Assembly: GCA_034189385.1 (NCBI GenBank)
Contig: JAXHVD010000019.1
Coordinates: 1-64,000 of the forward strand
DNA from: Thermodesulfobacteriota bacterium
GTDB lineage: Bacteria; Desulfobacterota; Desulfobacteria; Desulfobacterales; C00003060
Direction of reading: 5' to 3'
DNA: 64,000 nucleotides
Part shown: one piece after another, positions 39,446-48,132 of the stretch
Position numbering within the stretch: the first letter of the stretch is position 1
Layout of the letters: each line of letters opens with the position of its first letter
The notes under the pieces: generated by a model
Seen by the model: only the letters and a program-made list of their open reading frames with translations
Databases searched by the model: none
Told to the model about the DNA's origin: nothing
Made by a program: the position numbers and the translations under genes

Positions 39446-39793
39446 ATTTGACACCTCCCCTGCATATTATTTCAGGCTATCACTCACCTGATCCTACCTA
39501 AAATTTAATTCCTTTATGCGGACGGTCAAGGGGGGTAATGACATTTTTTTATGCCCCTTTCCTTTTGTCTGAGACATTTGTTGCTGCGTGCGCAACCGTT
39601 TGTCTAACCTCAATTTAGTGGCTTGCTACAAGAATTTGACAAGCATGGCGGTTTCCATTAGGTATGTGTTCCAGAGAACATCATCATTGCGCTTGTGAGC
39701 ATGTCATGGTGTGCTCCTTGTTCCGAAGTTGGCGCCAGAGATGTCTTCCAATGGCAATCATGCACAATCATAGGCCGACAGGGAATAGAGATC

Positions 39794-41068
39794 ATGGCCC
39801 CTGAGTCTTTGAAAAAGCCCCTGCGTTACCGATGGCTCATCTTCTGGGTCCTGGCCCTGAGTTATATACTCGTCTATTTTCACCGTCTCTGCCCGGCCGT
39901 GGTGGCCGTTGACATGATGTCCGATCTCAAGGCGGGAGGGGCTCTGCTCGGGCTGCTAGGATCTGCCTACTTCTATCCCTATGCGCTTATGCAGCTACCT
40001 GCAGGCCTCCTTTCAGATTCCTGGGGACCTCGTAAGACCATTACCCTCTTTTTCACAGTCGCCTTTGCGGGTTCTATGCTGCTGGGCTTGGCTCCCTCGC
40101 TGTTTTGGGCCATCATTGGGCGCACGCTCGTGGGCCTCGGTGTCTCTATGCTCTTCGTCCCCACGATGAAGGTTCTAGCAGAGTGGTTTCGTGTCAAGGA
40201 GTTTGCCACCATGACAGCTATTCTCATGGCCATGGGGGGGGTTGGCTCCCTCAGTGCGGCTGCGCCCTTGGCCCTGCTCAGCACCTCTATTGGCTGGCGT
40301 TTTTCCTTTGTTGCCGTGGGGGTGATGACGTTACTCCTCGCAATCCTGGTATGGCTTCTTGTGCGGGATCGGCCTGCTGATTTGGGCTGGCCCTCGCCTT
40401 CCGAGCCCGCAGGACCCAGTGCGCCTTCAGTTGCGCTTCTAGAGGGAATGAAAAAGGTCCTCACCTACCCGAGATTCTGGCCCATTGCCATCTGGTTCTT
40501 TTTTGACTGTGCGGTCTTCTTCTCTTTTGGCGGGCTTTGGGGAGGACCCTATCTCATGCAGGTCTACGGGTTCACAAAGGCAGAGGCAGGCCAGATCCTT
40601 TCGATGCTCGCTGTTGGCATGATTGTGGGAAGTCCCATCCTCAGCTTTTTGTCCAATCGCATCTTCCAAGGACGAAAGCCGGTACTTATCCTTTCTAGCT
40701 CTGTCCTGCTATGCCTTACGGCGCTGTTGGCCTTTTACACGGAAGAGATTCCCCTTGCAGGCCTGTACCTCGTCTGCCTGGGTCTTGGTATCTTCTCAAG
40801 TGCTGTGGTGGTGATCGGCTTTACCACCACCAAAGAACTCTTCCCAGTTCAGATAGCAGGGACATCCACCGGCCTGGTAAACCTCTTTCCTTTTGCCGGG
40901 GGCGCTGTTTTTCAACCCCTGATCGGATATGTGTTGGAGCGCCAGGGCCGTGTAGAGGATGCCTTTGCTTTGGCAGGCTACAAGCAGGCCTTCTTTGTCC
41001 TTTTCATCTGTGGCCTCATTTCCTTTGCTGCCACGCTGTGCCTCAAGGAGACATTGTCCAAGAAGTGA
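39794..41068 (+). CDS. MFS transporter
   Basis: 12 TM pattern, motif A GLLSDSWGPRK, GRTLVGLG. Confidence 0.93.
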   Translation: MAPESLKKPLRYRWLIFWVLALSYILVYFHRLCPAVVAVDMMSDLKAGGALLGLLGSAYFYPYALMQLPAGLLSDSWGPRKTITLFFTVAFAGSMLLGLAPSLFWAIIGRTLVGLGVSMLFVPTMKVLAEWFRVKEFATMTAILMAMGGVGSLSAAAPLALLSTSIGWRFSFVAVGVMTLLLAILVWLLVRDRPADLGWPSPSEPAGPSAPSVALLEGMKKVLTYPRFWPIAIWFFFDCAVFFSFGGLWGGPYLMQVYGFTKAEAGQILSMLAVGMIVGSPILSFLSNRIFQGRKPVLILSSSVLLCLTALLAFYTEEIPLAGLYLVCLGLGIFSSAVVVIGFTTTKELFPVQIAGTSTGLVNLFPFAGGAVFQPLIGYVLERQGRVEDAFALAGYKQAFFVLFICGLISFAATLCLKETLSKK

Positions 41069-41195
41069 GGTTGAGCGCCTAGCATGGAGCATCAGGTTTC
41101 AATGAATCAAGGGACTGGGGGGCACTGAAATCCTTCAACCGCTGACTGCCTGTGTGGCAGGGAGTCCAGTGTCACGGGAGCAAGAGATCCCATCC

Positions 41196-41798
41196 ATGGT
41201 GCACCACAATAGGAAGCAAAAGTCGAAACTGAGGCAAAAACGCCGGAGGGCGGTGCGCTTTCCAACTGTGGGCATCGAACTACTCTTCTGCCCCGTTGAA
41301 GGCAAATGCCTGGACCATGTGGGAAGATATCTGATGGAAGCTGCCGGCGTGGATATGAGTCTATCTGGAATAGCCTTTGATGTTGATCGCCCCCTGCGGC
41401 CGGGGCAGAAACTCCTAGTGATTGTGGAATCGCCCGCGGGCCGGGCTGGCGAAAAGCTAGTTACTGAGGTGCGTTGGTGCAACGCGTTGCCTGACGGCAG
41501 TTACAGGGTCGGCACGGCCATACAGGAGGCACAACCACTGGATGACCTGGGAGAAAAACTGAACATCAAGCCGGAACCCATTAGTGCAGGGCCGGAATTC
41601 CCGTCTGAAGTGGAGTTCTTCTGCCCCTCCTGTCATAAGAAGGCAACCTTCCACTTCCTGGGGGTGCAACCGGGAACATGGCCAAAGGGGATGCTTCCGC
41701 TCTATGACTGCTCCTGCTGTAACTCCACTCTCACGATCACATCAATTCTAAGATACAACCGTCAGCTCAAATTTGGTCAGAACCTTGGCAATTCGTAA
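41196..41798 (+). CDS. PilZ-domain protein with a C-terminal zinc ribbon
   Basis: RRAVRF (RxxxR) and DMSLSG (DxSxxG) motifs; CPSC...CSCC. Confidence 0.8.
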   Translation: MVHHNRKQKSKLRQKRRRAVRFPTVGIELLFCPVEGKCLDHVGRYLMEAAGVDMSLSGIAFDVDRPLRPGQKLLVIVESPAGRAGEKLVTEVRWCNALPDGSYRVGTAIQEAQPLDDLGEKLNIKPEPISAGPEFPSEVEFFCPSCHKKATFHFLGVQPGTWPKGMLPLYDCSCCNSTLTITSILRYNRQLKFGQNLGNS

Positions 41799-41816
41799 AT
41801 GGGCAAGAGGTTAAGG

Positions 41817-42131
41817 TCAACAGGCACAGGAACAGCTGCCACACGAATCTGGCCGTTGCATTGCTGAGGAAATGGAAAACCCAGAACCCATGGGCGATTC
41901 AACATAATCCACTTTTACTGGGTTTATCCGTTCAAACAACCCCTTTTCAATCACATAGGTAAGTCCCTCTACGTCAAATATGGCGTCTTCATCTCGTGAC
42001 TCATCCAGAGCCATTCCCAGTGCAGGTCCCGATCATCCGCCTCTGAGCATGATACGGATAGGTGATATCTCTTCTCTGTCTCTCAATGCCTCTTTGATCA
42101 TATCACTGGCTTTTTGTGTCACCTCAAACAT
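41817..42131 (-). CDS. HesB/IscA-like selenoprotein (Sec at codon 33)
   Basis: GAGGAGG RBS; MFEVTQKASDMIKEALRDREDISPIRIMLRGG-TGA(42035-42033)-SGPALGMALDE...SCGSCSC; hairpin TGGCTC-TGGAT-GAGTCA after the UGA. Confidence 0.9.
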
Positions 42132-42303
42132 GCAACGAACCTCCTCATTCATGCTGACTTTATGTTCCTTGGGTTTGTAAACATTATGCAGTTAGGCCCA
42201 TTTGTCAACCAAAGAAAAGCCCTTTTCCCTGCCTCCCCTCGTCTGGGTGGCCACATTTCAGGGTAATGAAAAACACCAGCCTTCCCCTGGGTGTTAGCCA
42301 TGA

Positions 42304-45246
42304 TCATTTGAGATTTAGGTCCACACGGCTGTCCCGCAAGTTTTCTTGCTTGCCTGGAGCAAGAGACTTGGCTTCCACCAGGAAAACCCTTCCCGGATCA
42401 ACCTTTCCAGATCCCAGGATATAGTCTTTCACTTGCTGTGCGCGCTTGAGGGCGAGTAACCTGAGATCGTTATCTGAGACCTCAACATGTTGCAGAATCA
42501 GTCTCTCCATCTCGGGCACCGGCAACCGCTTGGTAAGGCCCACAGGATTTTTAGGCTTCTCAAATTTTTCAGCCTTGTACACTTTTTTGAGATATTTTTC
42601 GTACTCATCAGCCTCTATCGTGATCTCGTCTACGGAGAGATGTGCCGTGCCTTTCTTCACCAGTCTCTTCAGTTTCACGGCCTTCAGTTTCTTCTTGAAT
42701 AAATACTGCCGCAGTCCCTCCCTGTCCTTTTCAACGTCAACGTGCCCTTCAATGTCCATTTTCAGAGAAGGTCTCTCATAGAGCACCTCTATGATGGTAT
42801 CCAGCTTCTTCTGAGTCTGTTCGGTCAGAGGATAGGTGCCGTAGTCAAACTCCAGGGCATTGCATTGTTCTCCCACTGGAAGCATGGCCCCCAGTAGCGA
42901 AAATGGGGAGGTAGCGGCCTTTGTAAGAAGATTCGTAAGCACTTGGACAATGACCCTGCCGAGGCTAAACTCAGGGTCATCGGTACGACCAGAGACAGGC
43001 AGATCTAAATGGATCTCTCCGTTTCTGTCCTTGAGCAGAGCAACTGCCAGTCCTACGGGGAGATTGACTGCGTCAGGGCTCTCCACCCTCTTTCCAAAGG
43101 TAAGCTGATCAATAAATACACGGTTTTCAGAATCAAGCTTCCTTTCTTTAATCAGGTATTCTAGATCAAGAAAGAGCTTGCCCTTTTCGAGGGTCTGGCC
43201 CACAAATTTCCCGGCATAAGGGCTCATGGGGCTGAGATCTATGTCCTTGAGAGAAATCACAAGGTCTACCAGGAGATCCTTTGTCAGGGGGTTAATCTTG
43301 CCACGGATCTCAAGGGGCGCGTGGTCGTCCAACTTGCCGTCCACAAGGACCTCGGCAGTTGTCGTTTCCTCAGAAGAGATGCCGGATATGGTACCCTTAA
43401 TCTCCACCAGGTCCGATGAGTAATGGGGCTCAATCTGTCTGTCCAAGAAACGAATGTGCCCACCGTCAAGAGTGATGCTTTCCACGGAAACGGGTATCAC
43501 GGCTTCTTCTTTCTTGGCAGCAGGCGGCGTCTCTTCAACCACCTTTTCCTTCTCTTTCGTGACGGTCTGAATATTTGTTTTCCCCTCAGGGTCTACGATG
43601 ATCCAACTATAGAAATCGGTTAGGGAAAGTTCCTTGATACGGATGTGGGTAGGATTGTAGCCGAGGTCTATGTCACGAACATCCAGAGAGCCCCACTTTA
43701 GGAAATCGTCGGCATGGAGCTTGTCCACGGAGTTGAGGCCAGACAAAGCAGCCTTCCCCAAATACCTCACGCCAAGTCCCTTGTGCGAAGACTGGGACAA
43801 AGCCAGTTTGCCGGCCGTGGAAAAGGTGCCATTCGTTACCATGATCTTTACTTGATCCGTGAAATAGGGCTCCAGCCATCGCACCTCCACGCCTTCCAGA
43901 GTCAGGTCCACATCGGCAGAAAATGGAGTAATCCCGACGACTGCTTCAGCAGACAAGGGGCCCTTTCCGTTCAACTGACAGGCAAGGTGGGCTTTGCCCC
44001 TGGTGTCTTTAACTGTAGAGATGGCTTGTGCCGTGACATCCATGTCGTCGACCCTGAGTGTGACCGGAGCCCCTGTTTCGGAGGACGAGCCAACAGAAAA
44101 ATCCGAAAAGATGAAGCTCCCGTCACGCACCCCTATGTCGTCCACGGTAACAGTGGGTGGAGTGGCAGGCCCTTGTGAAGAGGGAGGTTCTTTCTCCTCT
44201 TCGCGCACGGGAATGATCGACTGGATGCTTAATTCCCCTAACGCATCGCGTGTGCACTGAACTTCAGGCGAATCGAGCAGGATCTTGGACAGGTGGAACT
44301 CTTTGGACATAAGGTCTGAGGAGGCGATGGAGATGTGAAGCAGGGGGAAGGAGAGCAGTGGACGTTCCTCAGCGTCTACGATCTCTACGGTTTTCAGAGA
44401 GATGTCTCCCGTGACTGAAAGGGACGGCGGTCCGTCAATCTGCTGCATGTAAGAGAGCGCGGCGCTTGTGTTAAGATGCCCCGTGAGAACCTTTGCCTGC
44501 CAGCCAAGGGGCACATAGGCAAGATAGTATGGAATATCGATATCGTCCAAAGTGATCTCTAGAATCGTTTCTGCGGAATCAGCAAAGGGCTTTGTCTGCC
44601 CCTTAAAGGAGACAGGCCGTTCATTGATTTTTGCCGAAAAGGAAGGTTCCACAAACGTGTCTACGTGATAGGGCAGATTAGATATGAACGGAACGGTGAC
44701 ATTGAGGTCAGTGACTTGGTGATCCCTGTTTTTGGGCACGTCAAGGAAATGGATACGGCCGCTCAACAACTGGATGTTGTTCAAGGAAAACTTGACAGGC
44801 CTTGATTCTGGTTCAGGGGCCTGTGGTTCTGATGGTTTTTCTTTTATCAGATCAGAGAAATTGTACTGTCCTTCTGAGTCACGGACAATATTTACATTAA
44901 GCCCGTTGAGCCTGAGTTCTCTGATGATGGGGGCTCTTTTGAACAGGGACATGATCTGAACGTTGGTGTACAACCGATCAAAAGACACAAAAGTCTCCGA
45001 ACCTTCAGGCTCCTTTATTACAAATCCTTGCACAGTCGACGAGAGGACGTAGGGGTTCACATCTACGTCTTCAATGGTCACGTGACGATGCAGCTGTTCT
45101 GTGAGTTTTTTTTCCAACAGCCATTTGAAAAGGCTGGGAAGGACGAGAAAGCCGACTATGGTGTAAAGAAAGAGGCAGATCCCTATCCCTATCAGCCATT
45201 TGTTCAGCAGACCGGTGGTCCTCATCTTCTGGAACCGTGACATCAT
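42304..45246 (-). CDS. DUF748 repeat protein with an OmpA-like C-terminal region
   Basis: YTIVGFLVLP N-terminal TM, repeated beta-rich units, LAVALLKDRNGEIHLDLPVSG, LALKRAQQVKDY. Confidence 0.9.
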   Translation of the reverse strand: MMSRFQKMRTTGLLNKWLIGIGICLFLYTIVGFLVLPSLFKWLLEKKLTEQLHRHVTIEDVDVNPYVLSSTVQGFVIKEPEGSETFVSFDRLYTNVQIMSLFKRAPIIRELRLNGLNVNIVRDSEGQYNFSDLIKEKPSEPQAPEPESRPVKFSLNNIQLLSGRIHFLDVPKNRDHQVTDLNVTVPFISNLPYHVDTFVEPSFSAKINERPVSFKGQTKPFADSAETILEITLDDIDIPYYLAYVPLGWQAKVLTGHLNTSAALSYMQQIDGPPSLSVTGDISLKTVEIVDAEERPLLSFPLLHISIASSDLMSKEFHLSKILLDSPEVQCTRDALGELSIQSIIPVREEEKEPPSSQGPATPPTVTVDDIGVRDGSFIFSDFSVGSSSETGAPVTLRVDDMDVTAQAISTVKDTRGKAHLACQLNGKGPLSAEAVVGITPFSADVDLTLEGVEVRWLEPYFTDQVKIMVTNGTFSTAGKLALSQSSHKGLGVRYLGKAALSGLNSVDKLHADDFLKWGSLDVRDIDLGYNPTHIRIKELSLTDFYSWIIVDPEGKTNIQTVTKEKEKVVEETPPAAKKEEAVIPVSVESITLDGGHIRFLDRQIEPHYSSDLVEIKGTISGISSEETTTAEVLVDGKLDDHAPLEIRGKINPLTKDLLVDLVISLKDIDLSPMSPYAGKFVGQTLEKGKLFLDLEYLIKERKLDSENRVFIDQLTFGKRVESPDAVNLPVGLAVALLKDRNGEIHLDLPVSGRTDDPEFSLGRVIVQVLTNLLTKAATSPFSLLGAMLPVGEQCNALEFDYGTYPLTEQTQKKLDTIIEVLYERPSLKMDIEGHVDVEKDREGLRQYLFKKKLKAVKLKRLVKKGTAHLSVDEITIEADEYEKYLKKVYKAEKFEKPKNPVGLTKRLPVPEMERLILQHVEVSDNDLRLLALKRAQQVKDYILGSGKVDPGRVFLVEAKSLAPGKQENLRDSRVDLNLK

Positions 45247-45581
45247 CTAGCTCTCCCGCCTGTCCATAGGCGTCTGTCCAAAGCTTCAGGTGTGAAGATC
45301 CATTGGAAAGGTAAAGTACCACGACATAGCCTTTTGAGTCAAGGATATGAAGCAGTTAGATCGACTTGGAGGAAGTAAAGTGGCCTCGTGCGGTTTTCGT
45401 TCTGCAAAGGCAGGCCCCTTCAACTCACTATACAAATTGACACTGGCCCTCGGACTATGCGATCCTATTCACACCATCTTCAAGGGTGGCAATAAAAGGG
45501 GGGGCCTTTTTGCCACCCCCCTGGCCAAAGGCTCACGCAGAAGAAGCGGTCAGGGGTTGAGTCTAAATGGAGGGAGGTATC

Positions 45582-45935
45582 ATGCTGTCTTTAGAAGAGC
45601 TAAAGAAAGAAAACGATGTCATCAATGAGATCAGTTGGGATCTGGGGCCGGAGGATGCGGTGAAGCTTTACCTGGAATGGGGAAATACGGACTGGGGCAG
45701 TGGGAAATATGTGATCCGTTCGAAAAGCGACTATTCAACGTATTTTGCGGTGAATTGTTGGAACAAGCCCTACTATATATACCTCATCCGCCGCAATTCT
45801 GAAGAGGCTGTTGAGCTGGCGAAATTTGAACTCCCCAAGCAGTTTGAAAAAGACGTTTGTGAACTGAAAGGGGTTTATGCCCTTGGGGACGACGTAAAGG
45901 CGTGGCTCAAAAAGGAATTGGGTGCAGAGAGGTAA
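45582..45935 (+). CDS. DVU0772-like conserved protein
   Basis: GGAGG RBS; ISWDL.PEDAVKLYLEWGN...YFAVNCW...LIRRNSEEAVELA, recognised from memory of the family. Confidence 0.8.
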   Translation: MLSLEELKKENDVINEISWDLGPEDAVKLYLEWGNTDWGSGKYVIRSKSDYSTYFAVNCWNKPYYIYLIRRNSEEAVELAKFELPKQFEKDVCELKGVYALGDDVKAWLKKELGAER

Positions 45936-46492
45936 AGAGGACCTATCTTCGAATCTGCGGGCCCATGTTCCCTGACAGGGGATAAGGGCATCCACGCTCG
46001 GCATAGTCAAAAAACATGCCCAGGATTGGTCAAATTTCCACCTCTTGCCCTGAAGGAAGGCCGGTGAATGCCCTTTTTGGTTGACGATGAACGCATACGA
46101 GCCAGATAACCGACTTAAGTTTCGCACTCTTCTCAACCGTTAGAAATTACGGCCAAAAGTGTGCTGAGGTTCGTAGAAAACGGAAGGGCCCTGCCTTGGA
46201 CCCTTTTGATGCAATGGGAGCCTCGGTTGAGGGACATCCGCTTCTCTTCGGCCTCCAATGCCTTTAGTACCTGTGCGAAGATTCTGGGTCGCAAGGGCTG
46301 TAGGCCTTCGTTCACCGAATTTCCCGCTCCCTCTGTTGCATATCCCAGGGGGTACAAGTCTTGACAGAGCTACTATGAGTGAAAAGGGGGGGCGAAACTT
46401 GAGGAACCTATTCATGTCTGCCGAAAAGATGGTTCTAAAGGATGTGGTCACGCCGGTCAAAAACGGGGCCCAGGGACCGGGGCGTTGACACT

Positions 46493-46738
46493 TCAAGCTG
46501 CTTCCAAGGTGATCCTTTGGACACGTCGGCATATGTGTGATGGCACCTGGCCATAGAGGTCCATCCCACCGGCCCCCTGGTCTATTTTCAACGGTTGCAC
46601 GGTGGACTTGTAGGGGCACTCAGAGCAGTCCCAAGAGGGCCAGTACTCTTTAGCCGCTTGATCCAAGCATTGGCCATAATGGGGGCAATACACATTTTTC
46701 TGATCGGTCTTGTCGCACGCTCTAGGTCTCCGTTGCAC
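46493..46738 (-). CDS. Small Cys-rich hypothetical protein (C-x5-C-x13-C-x2-C)
   Basis: AGGAGG RBS inside the upstream regulator, GTG start; NVYCPHYGQCLDQAAKEYWPSWDCSECPY. Confidence 0.65.
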   Translation of the reverse strand: MQRRPRACDKTDQKNVYCPHYGQCLDQAAKEYWPSWDCSECPYKSTVQPLKIDQGAGGMDLYGQVPSHICRRVQRITLEAA

Positions 46739-47126
46739 TGTCTATGCCTCCTTTCTGTCTGTCAGAAAGTGTCGATCCGAGGAGGGCAGCGACCTCTGAA
46801 AGATCTAACGATCCCTTTGAAACAAATCCGTCAGCTCCTGCATTGTAAGCCGCCTCTCTATATTCCGGCAAATCGTGGTGGGTAAGGATGAAGATTGTCA
46901 TCTCCGGATAACGCTTCTTGATCGTTCTGGTCAGCTCAACGCCACTCTGTCCAGGCAAGCGGACATCCACGAAAAGGACATCGGGCAAGAATGTCGTCAC
47001 TTTTTTCAGTGCCTCCTCTGCGTTGGCAGCCTCTTCAATGAAGACAGATGGAAACCTTCTGCTCAGGGCGTCCCTGAAGGTCCTCCGAAACAGAGTGCTG
47101 TCTTCGACAAGCAATATCTTCAACAT
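46722..47126 (-). CDS. Single-domain response regulator (NarL-type receiver)
   Basis: ILLVEDS, VDVRLPGQSG, AGADGFVSK. Confidence 0.9.
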   Translation of the reverse strand: MLKILLVEDSTLFRRTFRDALSRRFPSVFIEEAANAEEALKKVTTFLPDVLFVDVRLPGQSGVELTRTIKKRYPEMTIFILTHHDLPEYREAAYNAGADGFVSKGSLDLSEVAALLGSTLSDRQKGGIDSATET

Positions 47127-47475
47127 GTTCTTTCAGCCACAATGACCGCCAAGATGGATGATTTGTAGAACATTTTAGGAGTTGTCCACTGACTTGGACC
47201 TTTCACGTCGCCCCGATGGGCCCCAAAAAGCTTGCAATGGTCGGTCAAAGTAGTTGTGCAGGGCTCTGCAAGATCCTCTCACCTGTATTTGCCAAGGTTG
47301 TTTAAAGGCCACAGTGTTGCAAAACAGACTTTACGGGACTTTTTCTTGGTGGTAAATGGGGTGAATGACGTATTTGTGACTGCGACAGGCTGTATTTTGA
47401 GCCTTCTCGATACAGTAGGCTGAGGAAGTCTGGGGGTTGTATGACGACCAGTTGAGAAGGCTCCCCGAGGCGATT

Positions 47476-48132
47476 ATGGACAGGCCATATAGGATTTTCA
47501 TCGCCGAAGACTACACGATCCTCAGAGAGGGGTTGAGGGCCCTCGTGTCGTCTGACCCGAACTTTGAAGTCGTAGCAGAAGCCAAGGACGGCCAGAGTGC
47601 CATACGAGGTGTTCAGGAGTTTAAGCCGGACCTTGCCTTGATGGACCTCTCCATGCCGAGAATGAGCGGCATGGATGCCATTTCCGAAATAAAACGCAGA
47701 AGGCCTGAAACGAGGATCGTAGCCCTTACCGTGCACAAGGCAGAGGAATATGTCATTGAGGCCCTTCGGGCCGGTGCTGACGGGTATGTCCTCAAGGATG
47801 CCAGCCACAAGGAATTGATGGTGGCCATCAAGAGTGTCCTGGCCGGCAGGCGCTATATCAGTCCTGGCATTTCAGACAGACTCATAGAGGCTTACCTGGA
47901 GATAAAAGGGCCTGGGAAGGTGAAGTCACAGTGGGACAGCCTTACATCACGGGAGAGACAGGTGCTCAAGCTCATCGGTGAGGGTTACAAAAACAAGGAG
48001 ATTGCAGATTACCTGTGTATTAGCCCGAAGACCGTTGAAAAACATCGGTCCAACCTCATGAAAAAGCTGGACCTGCACAGCGCTTCTAAACTCACTGCCT
48101 ATGCGGCAGTGCGGGGCCTCATCGAGAGGTAG
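47476..48132 (+). CDS. NarL/LuxR-family response regulator
   Basis: Receiver plus LTSRERQVLKLIGEGYKNKEIA...TVEKHRSNLMKKL. Confidence 0.96.
   Translation: MDRPYRIFIAEDYTILREGLRALVSSDPNFEVVAEAKDGQSAIRGVQEFKPDLALMDLSMPRMSGMDAISEIKRRRPETRIVALTVHKAEEYVIEALRAGADGYVLKDASHKELMVAIKSVLAGRRYISPGISDRLIEAYLEIKGPGKVKSQWDSLTSRERQVLKLIGEGYKNKEIADYLCISPKTVEKHRSNLMKKLDLHSASKLTAYAAVRGLIER

Noticed and set aside
39446..39700. CIRCE element upstream of hsp20
   Set aside because: No TTAGCACTC-N9-GAGTGCTAA is visible
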